From NCBI GenBank assembly GCA_027592105.1, contig JAQCLA010000001.1, positions 1-56,015 on the forward strand: a DNA stretch of 56,015 nucleotides. Reading direction: 5' to 3'. A model generated the notes under the pieces. The model did no database searches and was not told the origin of the DNA. It saw only the letters and a program-made list of their open reading frames with translations. Below are positions 19,498 through 29,496 of this stretch, in pieces. How positions within the stretch are numbered: position 1 is the first letter of the stretch; each line of letters opens with the position of its first letter. This DNA comes from Pseudomonadota bacterium (GTDB lineage: Bacteria; Pseudomonadota; Alphaproteobacteria; Rhodobacterales; Rhodobacteraceae). Position numbers and translations under genes: made by a program.

Positions 19498-20886
19498 ATG
19501 ATGCACCATCCCGCGGACCTTGCCCTGAGAGGCGGCACCGCCTTTTTGCCCGGTTTGGGCCTTCAGGCAGCAGATATCTTGATCACGGGCGGCAAGATCA
19601 GCGCCATTGCCAGCTCCGGCGCGGGCGATGCGGTCGATCAGGTCGATGTCACCGGGCTGACAATTTTGCCCGGCGCGATCGATGCCCATATCCATCTTGG
19701 GCATGGCATGGATATCGCCCGCCCCCGCGCACCAGAAGACGCTAAGTCCGAGACTGCGGCAGCCGCGGTCGGTGGCGTGACCACATTCATCTCCTACGTC
19801 ATGAGCCCCGAACCATACGGCCCGATTTTCGATGAGCTTTGCCAAATTACGCAAAGCGGTGCGCGTATCGATTTCGGATTTCACTTCGTTATTGCAATCG
19901 AGGAACACTTGGCCGAATTGCCCGAGCTGATCGCGCGCGGGTCGCCCAGCGCCAAGCTTTTCATGAATATCCGTGGCAACGAAGGCGCCCGCCTTGGCCT
20001 GCCCGGCACCGATGACGGGTTCCTTTTCCGCCTTTTGGAGGCATTGGCCACGCATAAGGGCCTGCTTTGCCCGCATCCGGAAAACATCGAAGTTGCATGG
20101 ATCTTGCGTGACCGCGTCACCGCCGCCGATCCCGAAGGCAAGGGTGGGCTGGCGACGTGGAACGCCACCCGCCCGCCCTTTGTTGAGGCGGACGCGCTGT
20201 CGCGTGCCACTTATTTCGCGCGACTGACGGGCACGCCTGTACATGCGGTCCATACCTCGTCTGGAGAAGCGCTCGATGCTGCGCTGCGCCAGCGCGCCGC
20301 CGGGTCCGATGTTTGTATCGAGACCTGCCTGCACTACCTGACGCATGATACCACAAGCGCGATCGGCGCGGTTGGCAAGGTAAACCCGCCCTTGCGCGCC
20401 CCCGCAGACCCCGAAGCGTTGTGGGCCGCGATCGGACGCGGCGATATCGATACAATCGCCACCGATCACATTCATCGCCCCATCACCTGCAAGGATGGCG
20501 GCATTTGGAAAGCGCAGCCGGGCTTTCCCGGTCTCGATGCTTTTTTGCCGGTTCTGTTGACCTATGGCTATCACAAGCGTGGCTTGCCGCTTGAAAAACT
20601 GATCCCGCTGGTCAGCGAAAACCCCGCGCGGCGGATGGGACTGCATGACAAGGGCGCGCTGCGGGCAGGCGCGGACGCCGATATAGCGGTGATCGATTTG
20701 AACGCCGATTGGATCGTTGGCAAAGAGCACATACGCAGTGATGCGGGCTATTCGATCTACGAGGGTGAGCGGATGCAGGCGCGTGTCGTGCATACTTTGT
20801 CGCGCGGTCGCTTTGTGTTGCGCGATGGCACGCTCGATGATGCGGCCATCGGCAACGGGCGCTTCGTGCGCCGTCACTTGGCATGA
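19498..20886 (+). CDS. cyclic amidohydrolase (dihydroorotase/allantoinase/hydantoinase family)
   Basis: PGAIDAHIH, AAVGGVTT, AKLFM, HPEN, VNPPLR, ATDH, ENPAR. Confidence 0.88.
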   Translation: MMHHPADLALRGGTAFLPGLGLQAADILITGGKISAIASSGAGDAVDQVDVTGLTILPGAIDAHIHLGHGMDIARPRAPEDAKSETAAAAVGGVTTFISYVMSPEPYGPIFDELCQITQSGARIDFGFHFVIAIEEHLAELPELIARGSPSAKLFMNIRGNEGARLGLPGTDDGFLFRLLEALATHKGLLCPHPENIEVAWILRDRVTAADPEGKGGLATWNATRPPFVEADALSRATYFARLTGTPVHAVHTSSGEALDAALRQRAAGSDVCIETCLHYLTHDTTSAIGAVGKVNPPLRAPADPEALWAAIGRGDIDTIATDHIHRPITCKDGGIWKAQPGFPGLDAFLPVLLTYGYHKRGLPLEKLIPLVSENPARRMGLHDKGALRAGADADIAVIDLNADWIVGKEHIRSDAGYSIYEGERMQARVVHTLSRGRFVLRDGTLDDAAIGNGRFVRRHLA

Positions 20887-20893
20887 CCACCGC

Positions 20894-22264
20894 TTAGGCA
20901 CGCCGGCCTCGCATCGCGTAAAGCCGCCCCGTCTGACACGCGTCACCTGTCAGGCGGGCGGCATCTCCGGTGGCATCGGCACCAATGCCCAGATCCGCCT
21001 CGATCGTGAAGCGCGCGTGCATCCATGTGGCAAGGTCGGCGGCCGCAATCGGCGTGAACGGCCCCTGATTAGGGATCGCGCCCACCGCTTCGACCGCGCG
21101 CCAATGCGCGCCATAGGCCGATGTCATATTGCGCACGCTTGCCAAAACATAACCACCGGGCGCAAGAACACGGCGCACCTCGTCAAGAAAGGCCTCGGGT
21201 GTGGGCATGTGTTCCAGCACCTGCGGCAAAACCACGAGATCGACAGATCCATCCGCCTGCGGCAGTGTCCCATTCACCATCACTTCGCCATGCAGGCGTG
21301 ACATGTCATGCCCTTCACGGCGCAAGCGCTCGGTCATGAAAGACAGGTTATTGGCCGATAGCTCGACAAGGGTCAGCTGCGCATCATGGCCAAGCGCGCC
21401 CATCAGCGCGGTTGTCGTTGTGCCACCCCATCCCATGACTTCGACCACCTTTGCCCCGCTGGGCAATGCCGGCAAAAGCGACATCTCGACCGCCGTTGCC
21501 TCACCCTGCCTGCGCGAGACATAGACACCCGCCAAGGGTGATTTGGCCCAAACCGAATAGCCACGGAAATCGGCCAGCTGGTCCCAACGCCAATGCGCGG
21601 GGTTCCACTCGGCATAGGGATTCGCGTCATTGCGGATCTCCCAATAAGGATAGGCGGCGGCAGGTTTTACCGGATAGCAGCTTGCAGAAGGGCGTTCGAA
21701 TTTTTCCAAGCTGAAAATTTCATGTATCGGGCGGCGCGGCGCCTTATTTTTAGGCGCTGTGGCCTTAGCCCGACCAATGGCCAGCGCGCCGATCACATCA
21801 AATGTCTCGGGCAATCTGATCATCGCTCGCAGGGCAACCTGATCACCGATGCCCGCATTCCAGATGCATTGAAAGCCGCGCAGATGCGCCGATAGCATCA
21901 TGTGATAGCACGCACCCGCCACCGATTGGACGATCGAGAAATTCCCATGCGTCCAACCCTTTTGAAAGCAGAGGTAAATCAGCGCCGAACATTCGGCAAA
22001 GTGATGGTTTCCACCGGAAATATCGCGTGCGCGCCGCTTGCGTGTCGGATCGGCAACGATGACGAAATGCCAATTCTGCTGGTTGCAAGACGATGGCGCC
22101 TCGACCCCATCACGCACGATATCTTCCAGAATTTCAGGGCTGATCAAGCTCTCGTCAAAGTCACGACAAGAGGCACGCGCCGCCAGTCGATCGAGGATAT
22201 CGCGGACATGTGCTGCATCGTCTTGCGGCACAACCGCTTCGGCGTCATCTCGCAAGCGGTTCAC
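20894..22264 (-). CDS. nitroreductase-family / class I SAM methyltransferase-like fusion protein
   Basis: N-terminal RASCRDF...APSSCNQQNWHFVIV; C-terminal LPQADGSVDLVVLPQVLEHMP...EVRRVLAPGG. Confidence 0.8.
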   Translation of the reverse strand: MNRLRDDAEAVVPQDDAAHVRDILDRLAARASCRDFDESLISPEILEDIVRDGVEAPSSCNQQNWHFVIVADPTRKRRARDISGGNHHFAECSALIYLCFQKGWTHGNFSIVQSVAGACYHMMLSAHLRGFQCIWNAGIGDQVALRAMIRLPETFDVIGALAIGRAKATAPKNKAPRRPIHEIFSLEKFERPSASCYPVKPAAAYPYWEIRNDANPYAEWNPAHWRWDQLADFRGYSVWAKSPLAGVYVSRRQGEATAVEMSLLPALPSGAKVVEVMGWGGTTTTALMGALGHDAQLTLVELSANNLSFMTERLRREGHDMSRLHGEVMVNGTLPQADGSVDLVVLPQVLEHMPTPEAFLDEVRRVLAPGGYVLASVRNMTSAYGAHWRAVEAVGAIPNQGPFTPIAAADLATWMHARFTIEADLGIGADATGDAARLTGDACQTGRLYAMRGRRA

Positions 22265-22293
22265 GAAGAATACTCCCGGGGGTGAAGGTCATC

Positions 22294-22335
22294 GTTGACA
22301 ATTGTTCGTCAGCTTCGCAACACTGTCAACAGTTG
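22294..22335. promoter_or_regulatory. candidate FadR/PrpR-type operators
   Basis: GTTGACAATTGTT and ACTGTCAACAGTTG in the divergent promoter between the fusion gene and dctP. Confidence 0.6.
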
Positions 22336-22511
22336 GCTGATTGGGCGCGGAGGTTTAATCGACTGGGTGGCGACTGTCGTTGAACTGCGTGCGCGGCTTG
22401 ACACGGGCACATCGAACAACACCCTTAAGTCGGAAAACTCTGGCTACTTCGGTTTTCAACAACCTCGAACTGACCGCCCTACAAGGGTGGCAAACACACA
22501 GGGAGATATTA

Positions 22512-23522
22512 ATGTTTAACCGTTTTACCACCTTCGTCGGAGCGGCCGCTCTGCTTGCTGGAACCGCCAGCGCGCAGGAAGTGACGCTTCGTTACGGCCA
22601 TTACTTGGGCGATTCCCCTTTCCTTGCCGCAGAGCAAGAATTTGCAGCCGCCGTTGAAGAGCGCACCGAAGGCCGTGTGCGCATCGAGATCACCTATGCC
22701 GGTGGTTTGGGAGCAGGTAATGAGCTTCTGACACTTACCGGTCGTGGTGCCATCGATATGGCCGCCATCGTGCCGGGCTATTACGCTGACCAGCTTCTCT
22801 ATTGGCGCGCCTATCAGATCCCCTTCGTCTTCGAGACACCCCGTCAGGCGATGGAAATCTCGGCAGCAGCTTACGACGATTTACCCTACTTCCGCGAAGA
22901 GCTGTCCAGTTTCGGCGTTGAATTCTTGTTCCACCAGCCCTTGGGCGATTACTACCTGACCGGCCCGAATCCGAATTGCGATAACATCGACGCTTTGGCG
23001 GGCATGAAGATCCGTTCCTTTGGCGCCGACATTCCCAAGGCACATGAAGCTATCGGCGCCGTTCCCGTTTCGGTCGGCGTTGGCGATGTTTACGAGGCGC
23101 TACAGCGCGGCTCGCTCGACTACTCGTTCTTGAACCGCGGCAATATCTTGTCGAACCGCCTCTACGAGCCGGGCCCCTATAGCTGTGGCCCTGTCATGGC
23201 GATCACCGGGCATTTGATCGTGATCAACGAAGATGTATTCAACGATATCTCCGCAGCTGATCAGGCGATCATTCTTGAGGAAGCCGATCGCGCAGGCGCA
23301 GCCTACATCAACAACATCGAAGCCGCTGAAAATGCTGCAGGCGACGCAATTGTAGCTGCTGGTGGCACCATCATTCCGATCTCGGACGAAGAGCTGGCCA
23401 AGTGGAAAGCTGCAGCGCCCGATCTGCTACAGAACTGGGTTGATGACATGGCATCTCGCGGCATGGGCGATCAAGCCGCTGAGGTTGCAACTTACTGGCG
23501 CGCGATCATTGACGCCAACTGA
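22512..23522 (+). CDS. dctP: TRAP transporter substrate-binding protein
   Basis: Start ATG 22512 after a GGGAGA RBS; signal peptide ending ASA-Q; GMKIRS with the conserved carboxylate-binding Arg; DVYEALQRG. Confidence 0.92.
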   Translation: MFNRFTTFVGAAALLAGTASAQEVTLRYGHYLGDSPFLAAEQEFAAAVEERTEGRVRIEITYAGGLGAGNELLTLTGRGAIDMAAIVPGYYADQLLYWRAYQIPFVFETPRQAMEISAAAYDDLPYFREELSSFGVEFLFHQPLGDYYLTGPNPNCDNIDALAGMKIRSFGADIPKAHEAIGAVPVSVGVGDVYEALQRGSLDYSFLNRGNILSNRLYEPGPYSCGPVMAITGHLIVINEDVFNDISAADQAIILEEADRAGAAYINNIEAAENAAGDAIVAAGGTIIPISDEELAKWKAAAPDLLQNWVDDMASRGMGDQAAEVATYWRAIIDAN

Positions 23523-23533
23523 GCGCTGAAATT

Positions 23534-23560
23534 CGTGGCGGGTGTTGATCGCCCGCCACG
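23534..23560 (+). other. intercistronic hairpin after dctP
   Basis: CGTGGCGGG...CCCGCCACG perfect 9-bp stem without a U-tract, typical of mRNA-stabilising stems after binding-protein genes. Confidence 0.6.
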
Positions 23561-23589
23561 GACCCTTTGAAGACAGGAACCTCCACCCA

Positions 23590-24126
23590 ATGAAGCTTGT
23601 CTCGAAAATCGTCGAACGCCTTGCCTTGGTTGTCTTGTTGATCGGCGGCATGGGGATGCTTTTTTCGATGTTTCTTGGTGTTGCCGACATCGTCGGGACA
23701 CAGGTTCTCTTGATACCTGTGCCTGGCCCACGCGAATTGACCGAAAGTACGATGGTGCTGATCGTTTTTGGTGCCTTGGCTTATGCCCAAATCCGCCGTT
23801 CCCATATCCGGGTCGAATTGGTCTATTTCCAGATGCCGCCACGGGTGCGCGCTGTCATGGATGTGATCACCGATCTGGCCGCGATCGCCTTTTACGGGCT
23901 GATCTTGCAGCAAGCGATTGGCGAGGCACAATATTCATTGCAGATCAACGAAGCCACAGTCGGCTTGATCCGCTTTCCACTTTGGCCCGCGCGGTTCATT
24001 CTTGCAGCAGGCTGCGCGCTCATGATCTTGCAGCTTACGCTGCACCTGATCGAAGATCTTATCCGCATCAAGACCGGCGCAGGGCTCGAAAACGACCCGC
24101 TCGGCGTCATTCAGAAAGTCGAGTAA
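23590..24126 (+). CDS. dctQ: TRAP transporter small permease
   Basis: Four hydrophobic segments and the HIRVEL motif; start reassigned to 23590. Confidence 0.9.
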   Translation: MKLVSKIVERLALVVLLIGGMGMLFSMFLGVADIVGTQVLLIPVPGPRELTESTMVLIVFGALAYAQIRRSHIRVELVYFQMPPRVRAVMDVITDLAAIAFYGLILQQAIGEAQYSLQINEATVGLIRFPLWPARFILAAGCALMILQLTLHLIEDLIRIKTGAGLENDPLGVIQKVE

Positions 24127-24132
24127 TCCCGC

Positions 24133-25443
24133 ATGTTTGATCCAGCAACCGCCGGAATCATCGTCGCTATTATGTTGTTCTTCCTGCTCAGCATGGGGGT
24201 TCACATCGGTGTGGGCCTTGGGCTGAGTGGCTTTGTAGGCATCTTGATCACCATCAACGAGCGCGCGGCCCTTGCGCAACTTGCGACGGTGCCGTTCTCA
24301 ACCACCAACTCCTTCACGCTGGCCGTTATTCCCCTCTTCATCTTAATGGGGGCGCTTGCAACACAGGCCGGGTTAACCACTGATCTCTACAAGGCCGCCT
24401 ATAATTGGCTGGGAAAAATTTCTGGTGGTTTGGCGATGGCCACCACACTGGCCTCGGCTGCATTTGGTGCGGCTTGCGGATCGACCATCGTGAACGCCGC
24501 AGTTTTCACCAAGATGGCAATGCCGGAGATGACAAAATTCGGCTATGACAAGCGGATCTCGGCGGGCTGTATCGCTGCGTCAGGGACTTTGGCCTCGCTT
24601 ATCCCGCCCTCCATCCTGATGATCATCTACGCCGTTATCACCGAGCAATCGGTTGCCCGGCTTTTGGTGGCCGGCCTTATCCCCGGTTTGATGTCGGCGG
24701 CGATTTACATGTTCGGGATCTATCTTGTGGCCAGGGCCCGGCCCGATCTTTGCCCCATCCCGGATGTCATAATCACTCGGCGCGAAAAGTGGGAATCGCT
24801 GAAGGGCGTTTGGGGGATCACTTTCCTGTTTATCCTTGTCATCGGCGGCATCTATCTTGGCTTTTTCGTGCCGACTTATGCTGGCGCCGTCGGTGCTTTC
24901 GGTGCCTTCTTGATCGTTGCTGCCAAGGGTAAGTTGAACGGCAAGATGCTAGTCGACACCTTCAAGGACGCCGGAATCACCACATCGACGATCTTTATCA
25001 TCGTCATCGGCGGCATCATCTTCGCGCGGTTTTTGACCTATACGGGTCTTGTCGGTGACATCTCCGATTGGATGCTTGCGCTGGAACTGTCGCCCTTCAT
25101 GTACCTTGTGGGATTTGCAGTGCTCTATCTGCTCTTGGGTATGTTAATCGACCCGATTGCGATCATGGTCATGACCTTGCCGGTGATGTTCCCGATCCTG
25201 ACCAGCGTTGGCTATGATCCGATCTGGTTGGGAGTCATCGCGATCAAACTGGCCGAGATCAGCTTGATCACGCCGCCCGTAGGCCTGAACGTATATGTCG
25301 TGCGCTCAGCTTCGCCCGTGCCTTTGCGTTTGGAGGAAGTCTTTGCGGGCGTCACGCCGTTCTTGATGATGGATTTCGTCACGCTGGGGCTTCTGATTGC
25401 TTTCCCCTCGATCGTATTGTTCCTGCCCAACCTGATGAGCTAG
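24133..25443 (+). CDS. dctM: TRAP transporter large permease
   Basis: IPLFILMG, GTLASLIPPS, ITPPVGLN. Confidence 0.93.
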   Translation: MFDPATAGIIVAIMLFFLLSMGVHIGVGLGLSGFVGILITINERAALAQLATVPFSTTNSFTLAVIPLFILMGALATQAGLTTDLYKAAYNWLGKISGGLAMATTLASAAFGAACGSTIVNAAVFTKMAMPEMTKFGYDKRISAGCIAASGTLASLIPPSILMIIYAVITEQSVARLLVAGLIPGLMSAAIYMFGIYLVARARPDLCPIPDVIITRREKWESLKGVWGITFLFILVIGGIYLGFFVPTYAGAVGAFGAFLIVAAKGKLNGKMLVDTFKDAGITTSTIFIIVIGGIIFARFLTYTGLVGDISDWMLALELSPFMYLVGFAVLYLLLGMLIDPIAIMVMTLPVMFPILTSVGYDPIWLGVIAIKLAEISLITPPVGLNVYVVRSASPVPLRLEEVFAGVTPFLMMDFVTLGLLIAFPSIVLFLPNLMS

Positions 25444-26786
25444 AGCAGCCGACCCAATGCGGCGATATCCGGTGCTGAGACCAGCCCTAAGATCGCCTCT
25501 TCCAATTGCGCTACTCGCATGGCTTCGAACCGGCGCGTCGCGTTGCTTGCGAACTTTGCACGGATAGAGGCGGTATTGACTGGTCGATCTGGTGCGCCAA
25601 GCACCTGATGTAGCGCGGCCTTGAACGGCCCCTTTTTGCCCATGCCTTCAATGCGGGCCGCAAAGCGCTTCGGAAAACCATGATCAGGCATCGGTGCCCA
25701 TGTCATGCGCTGCGCCACGGCGACGACATCTGCGCGCGGGTGGCTTGTGAAGCCGTCGACATCAACCCGGCCATCGACCAGCATCAGGGCCATCGCATAG
25801 GCCAAGCCCCATTTGCCGTCATAACCCGAGATCGGCGCTTGCCGCCGCGCCCAAGGTTCGCAAATCAACGGGGCGGCGGGTGGCGGCACAAAAGCTGTCA
25901 GCGACACCAGATCATCTGTGCGCAAACCCTCGGCCATCGCCTGTTCGATCGCCTCCAAAAACGGATGGATGTAGTGGCAACAGGGGTAAAGCTTGAACGC
26001 GGCTTGCGGCAGTTGCCAATCCTGGCCCAAGCCATCCAAAGCCGCCGCAAGCCCGGATGCATCACCGGCAAAACTTGTCATCACGCCAAAGCCACTTTCC
26101 AAGATGGATGCAGGCCCAGTCATGCCTGCCGCCGCCAGACGCGCGGCCTCGATCCCGGTGCGTGCGGCCCATCCGGGGTTTAGCGCCTTAGACATTGCCC
26201 CATCTGCCAGAAACGCGAGGGTGCCCGACGCCTGCCCCCCAGCGATACCAATCGCAGATGTCGCGCGGGCGCGATCAAGGCCAATGATCTGACCTGCAGC
26301 GGCAGCGGCCCCGATAGCCCCACCGACGGAGGTGACCTGAAATCCGCGTGCCTGAAACGCGCCGGGTGCCGCCAAACCGATGCGGATCGCGACCTCCCAG
26401 GCCACGATATAGGCAAGCATCAGATCACGCCCTGATGCTTGCGCCGATTGCGCCACAGCCAGCGCCAATGGGGCTGCGACGGCGCTGCCATGCACCACAG
26501 ATCCGATATGGGTGTCGTCATATTCCAGCGCATGGATCAGCGCGCCGTTGATCATGGCAGCTGCGCCCGCCTCGGCTGTGCCGCCACTCAATAAGCTGGC
26601 AGAGCCTGCGGCTGCTGCGGCTGCCCAGCCTGCGTTCTCGGGCAAGCTGGCCGAGGCAAGGCCAACCCCGATCGCATCGAGCAGATGCAGTTGCGCCGCC
26701 TCCAGCACATAGTCGGGCACGCCATCGGCAAAGGTGGCCGTTGCGAACTCGACGATCCGGGCCGCGCCTGTCATGGGCGCGCTCAT
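25440..26786 (-). CDS. MmgE/PrpD family protein, copy 2
   Basis: NGALIHALEYDDTH...HGS, FKLYPCCHYIH. Confidence 0.9.
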   Translation of the reverse strand: MSAPMTGAARIVEFATATFADGVPDYVLEAAQLHLLDAIGVGLASASLPENAGWAAAAAAGSASLLSGGTAEAGAAAMINGALIHALEYDDTHIGSVVHGSAVAAPLALAVAQSAQASGRDLMLAYIVAWEVAIRIGLAAPGAFQARGFQVTSVGGAIGAAAAAGQIIGLDRARATSAIGIAGGQASGTLAFLADGAMSKALNPGWAARTGIEAARLAAAGMTGPASILESGFGVMTSFAGDASGLAAALDGLGQDWQLPQAAFKLYPCCHYIHPFLEAIEQAMAEGLRTDDLVSLTAFVPPPAAPLICEPWARRQAPISGYDGKWGLAYAMALMLVDGRVDVDGFTSHPRADVVAVAQRMTWAPMPDHGFPKRFAARIEGMGKKGPFKAALHQVLGAPDRPVNTASIRAKFASNATRRFEAMRVAQLEEAILGLVSAPDIAALGRLL

Positions 26787-28138
26787 GCGCCTGCCCTGAT
26801 GTCTTCCATAGCGGTGATGCCCGCCCGCCGCCCCAGCACAAGTGCCGTGATCAACCCATTGCCCGAAGCATAGCCAAGCGCGCCGGCACGCCCGCTGATC
26901 CCGGCTGCGGCACCGCCACCTGCAAAAAGGTTCGGGATGATCCCGCCACCGGCCTTGCGTACCCGGGCTTGGGCATCGACCAAAAGCCCGCCTTGCGTGT
27001 GAAACAAACCCGGCTTGACCTTCACCCCGGCAAAGGGGGCTTGCAGCGGGGCCAGCGCAAACTTGCTGCGCCCAAACGCGTCGTCTGCGTCGCCCTGTGC
27101 AGCTGCGTTATAGTGCGCGACACTGTCGGCCAGACCATCCGCGCCAAGACCAAGCTTCTGTGCCAGAGCCTCCGGCGTATCGGCCCAAGCAATGGCCCCC
27201 ATCGCGGACATTTCGGCGTATTCTTCTTCAGCCATCGCCACATCATGGATACGCGCATCATAGATCGCCCAGGCAAAGGGGCCCTGCTTCATCACATGCG
27301 CGGCGTATCCGGAATAGCCCAGATCCTCATTGCCGAAACGCTGGCCTGTTTCGCTGACCAAGATCCCGCCTTTTTCGAGCGTGGTCCACGAGAGCAGCTG
27401 ACCCTGTGGATAAGCGACCGCCGCGTAGCCCTGATATGCAGCCATATTGCCCAGCGCTGCGCCAAGACTTTCGCCCCAGCGCACCGCGTCCCCAGTGCTG
27501 CCGGGTGCGCCGAAATATTCGGCCGCCGCGATCTCTGGGCAATGACGCGCGACAAGCGCGGGGTCTGCAGCAAAGCCGTTGGTGGCCAGCAACACCTTGC
27601 GCGCGCGAACCTCTTCGCCGTTCACAATCGCGCCCACCACCGCGCCTGCCTCGACCATCAAGGCTTCGGCCTTGTTGCCAACAGCGATTGGAATATCTCG
27701 ATCTGACACGAACCGCAGGAGGTCGTCGACCAGATCCTGCCCCCGGCGGGAACGTGGCGCATGTAGCCGTTCTACAGAATGGCCGATATGGCGATAAGCG
27801 GTGATCAACTCCATCCGCGCGCCCAGATCATCGATGAGCCATTCGCAAAGCGGCCCACATTCTGCGGCGATCATCGCGGTCAGGTCATCGGCATCATGCT
27901 GGCCCGCCACGCCGATCAGATCCGCGACCATCCGTTCCGGGCTGTCCTCGATCCCGGCGGCACGTTGGTATTTCGACCCGGCACCGGGGATGGAGCCGGT
28001 CGAAAGTGCCGAATTGCCACCAGGCCTGTCACGGCCCTCCAAGATCGCGACGCTCCCGCCTGCGTCATGCGCTGCGATCGCACCAGCAAGGCCACAGGCC
28101 CCGGCCCCGATCACCAACAGATCAAGGGTATCGCTCAT
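26783..28138 (-). CDS. FAD-dependent oxidoreductase, paralogue of 1595..2995
   Basis: [38 protein letters not shown]. Start reassigned to 28138. Confidence 0.85.
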   Translation of the reverse strand: MSDTLDLLVIGAGACGLAGAIAAHDAGGSVAILEGRDRPGGNSALSTGSIPGAGSKYQRAAGIEDSPERMVADLIGVAGQHDADDLTAMIAAECGPLCEWLIDDLGARMELITAYRHIGHSVERLHAPRSRRGQDLVDDLLRFVSDRDIPIAVGNKAEALMVEAGAVVGAIVNGEEVRARKVLLATNGFAADPALVARHCPEIAAAEYFGAPGSTGDAVRWGESLGAALGNMAAYQGYAAVAYPQGQLLSWTTLEKGGILVSETGQRFGNEDLGYSGYAAHVMKQGPFAWAIYDARIHDVAMAEEEYAEMSAMGAIAWADTPEALAQKLGLGADGLADSVAHYNAAAQGDADDAFGRSKFALAPLQAPFAGVKVKPGLFHTQGGLLVDAQARVRKAGGGIIPNLFAGGGAAAGISGRAGALGYASGNGLITALVLGRRAGITAMEDIRAGA

Positions 28139-29496
28139 AATGCGGTCATACCTTTGACGGTTGCATCCCATGCCCGGCCCAGGCCGGCTGGATCAAGATC
28201 AAGCAGCGCATCCATGACCGCTCCCATCGCGGGATAGGCCTCATCGACGATGCCATGGATCTTGGCGCGGATTTCATCGGGAGTGAAAGGCAGGTCCGGC
28301 CCGCCGCGTGCGCTCATCACCTCTTCGGTCAGGGTGCTGCCATCATCGAGGGTCCAAGTCACCCGTGTCGGGCGGTCATTGGGCCAAGCTGGGAGTGGCG
28401 CATAGGGTGCGGTGCTGACCTTGTGGCGGAGCGCAACAACATCAGGAATATGGAGCGAATTTGCCGAGAACGCCTCGGCCCCGCCGCTGCCATGCACTGC
28501 CGCCGTAGCCGCGATGTGCTGGATCGAGAACTTCGCCGCGATCGTCGTATCGGGGTCGGGATTATCCATGATCCGGGCTTTTTCATGCGTCTCCAGATGG
28601 ATCGCCGCGATACGCGATGCCGGCGCGCGCTCGAGGAGCTTCTTGGTCGCCTCGATGGTCGCATGACCATATTGGCAGCAGGCAAAAACCTTGTGATAAC
28701 CATCGCTGATCGCCCAAGCCTCACCTAGGGCGGCGTTGAGTTCGTTTGCATCGGCGCGGGCGCCGAAGGCGTCTGTGTAGACATCATACAAGGCCGAGGG
28801 CAGACCGCGAATGCCGATGGCCGACCAGTCAACGGCGCGAAGCCCCGTCTGCGCGGCAACCCCGGGCCAGACATTGCGCACAAGCGAACCTTGGATCGGG
28901 TGCGTATATGGCCCCGGCAAGACCATGGTCGCGGCACTGGAAATTGCACCCACCGCCACATCTTGCGGCACCCGGCGCAGCGCGGCAATCGCGGCCGCCG
29001 CCCCAACCGCCGCAAGGCTGCCATGCGGGTGCAAGACGAGATTGGGAAAGGTAAAGGCGCGCGCCACGCGGGCCACGGTTTCGTAACCAATCACCAATGC
29101 GCGCATCAGATCGGTGGCACTATGACCATCGGCCTCGGCTTCGGCCAATAGGGCGGGCAGGCAATAGACGCCTGCATGACAGATCACCCGCCGATACCCT
29201 TCGTCGAGTTCTGCCCAATCCCCCGCACAGCCATTGGCCAGTGCCGCCGAATAGCGATCTAGCCGCTGATCCCGGGCATTGAAAACGGTGGCTTCGGCCG
29301 CCCCGGCGGCTTTGGCAACACCATCATGCAGCGCTGTCACCTCGGGTTCCGCGCGCGCTGCAACCATGGCCGCCATGTCATCGCACAGCACAAGTGCCGC
29401 ACGCTTTTGCACCGCGATTGGAATATCAGCCCATTCTATCGCGCTGGTAAAGGCGACCAGATCTTTCAGCGCCGCACCAATTTTTTCCGCGCTCAT
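28135..29496 (-). CDS. MmgE/PrpD family protein, copy 3
   Basis: ALANGCAGDWAELDEG...CHAG, YHKVFACCQYGH, AAKFSI. Confidence 0.9.
   Translation of the reverse strand: MSAEKIGAALKDLVAFTSAIEWADIPIAVQKRAALVLCDDMAAMVAARAEPEVTALHDGVAKAAGAAEATVFNARDQRLDRYSAALANGCAGDWAELDEGYRRVICHAGVYCLPALLAEAEADGHSATDLMRALVIGYETVARVARAFTFPNLVLHPHGSLAAVGAAAAIAALRRVPQDVAVGAISSAATMVLPGPYTHPIQGSLVRNVWPGVAAQTGLRAVDWSAIGIRGLPSALYDVYTDAFGARADANELNAALGEAWAISDGYHKVFACCQYGHATIEATKKLLERAPASRIAAIHLETHEKARIMDNPDPDTTIAAKFSIQHIAATAAVHGSGGAEAFSANSLHIPDVVALRHKVSTAPYAPLPAWPNDRPTRVTWTLDDGSTLTEEVMSARGGPDLPFTPDEIRAKIHGIVDEAYPAMGAVMDALLDLDPAGLGRAWDATVKGMTAL

Noticed and set aside
19468-20946. 492-aa minus-strand ORF that would neatly fill the minus-strand operon
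   Set aside because: It is the antisense frame of a clear amidohydrolase with all metal ligands, and has no recognisable domain.
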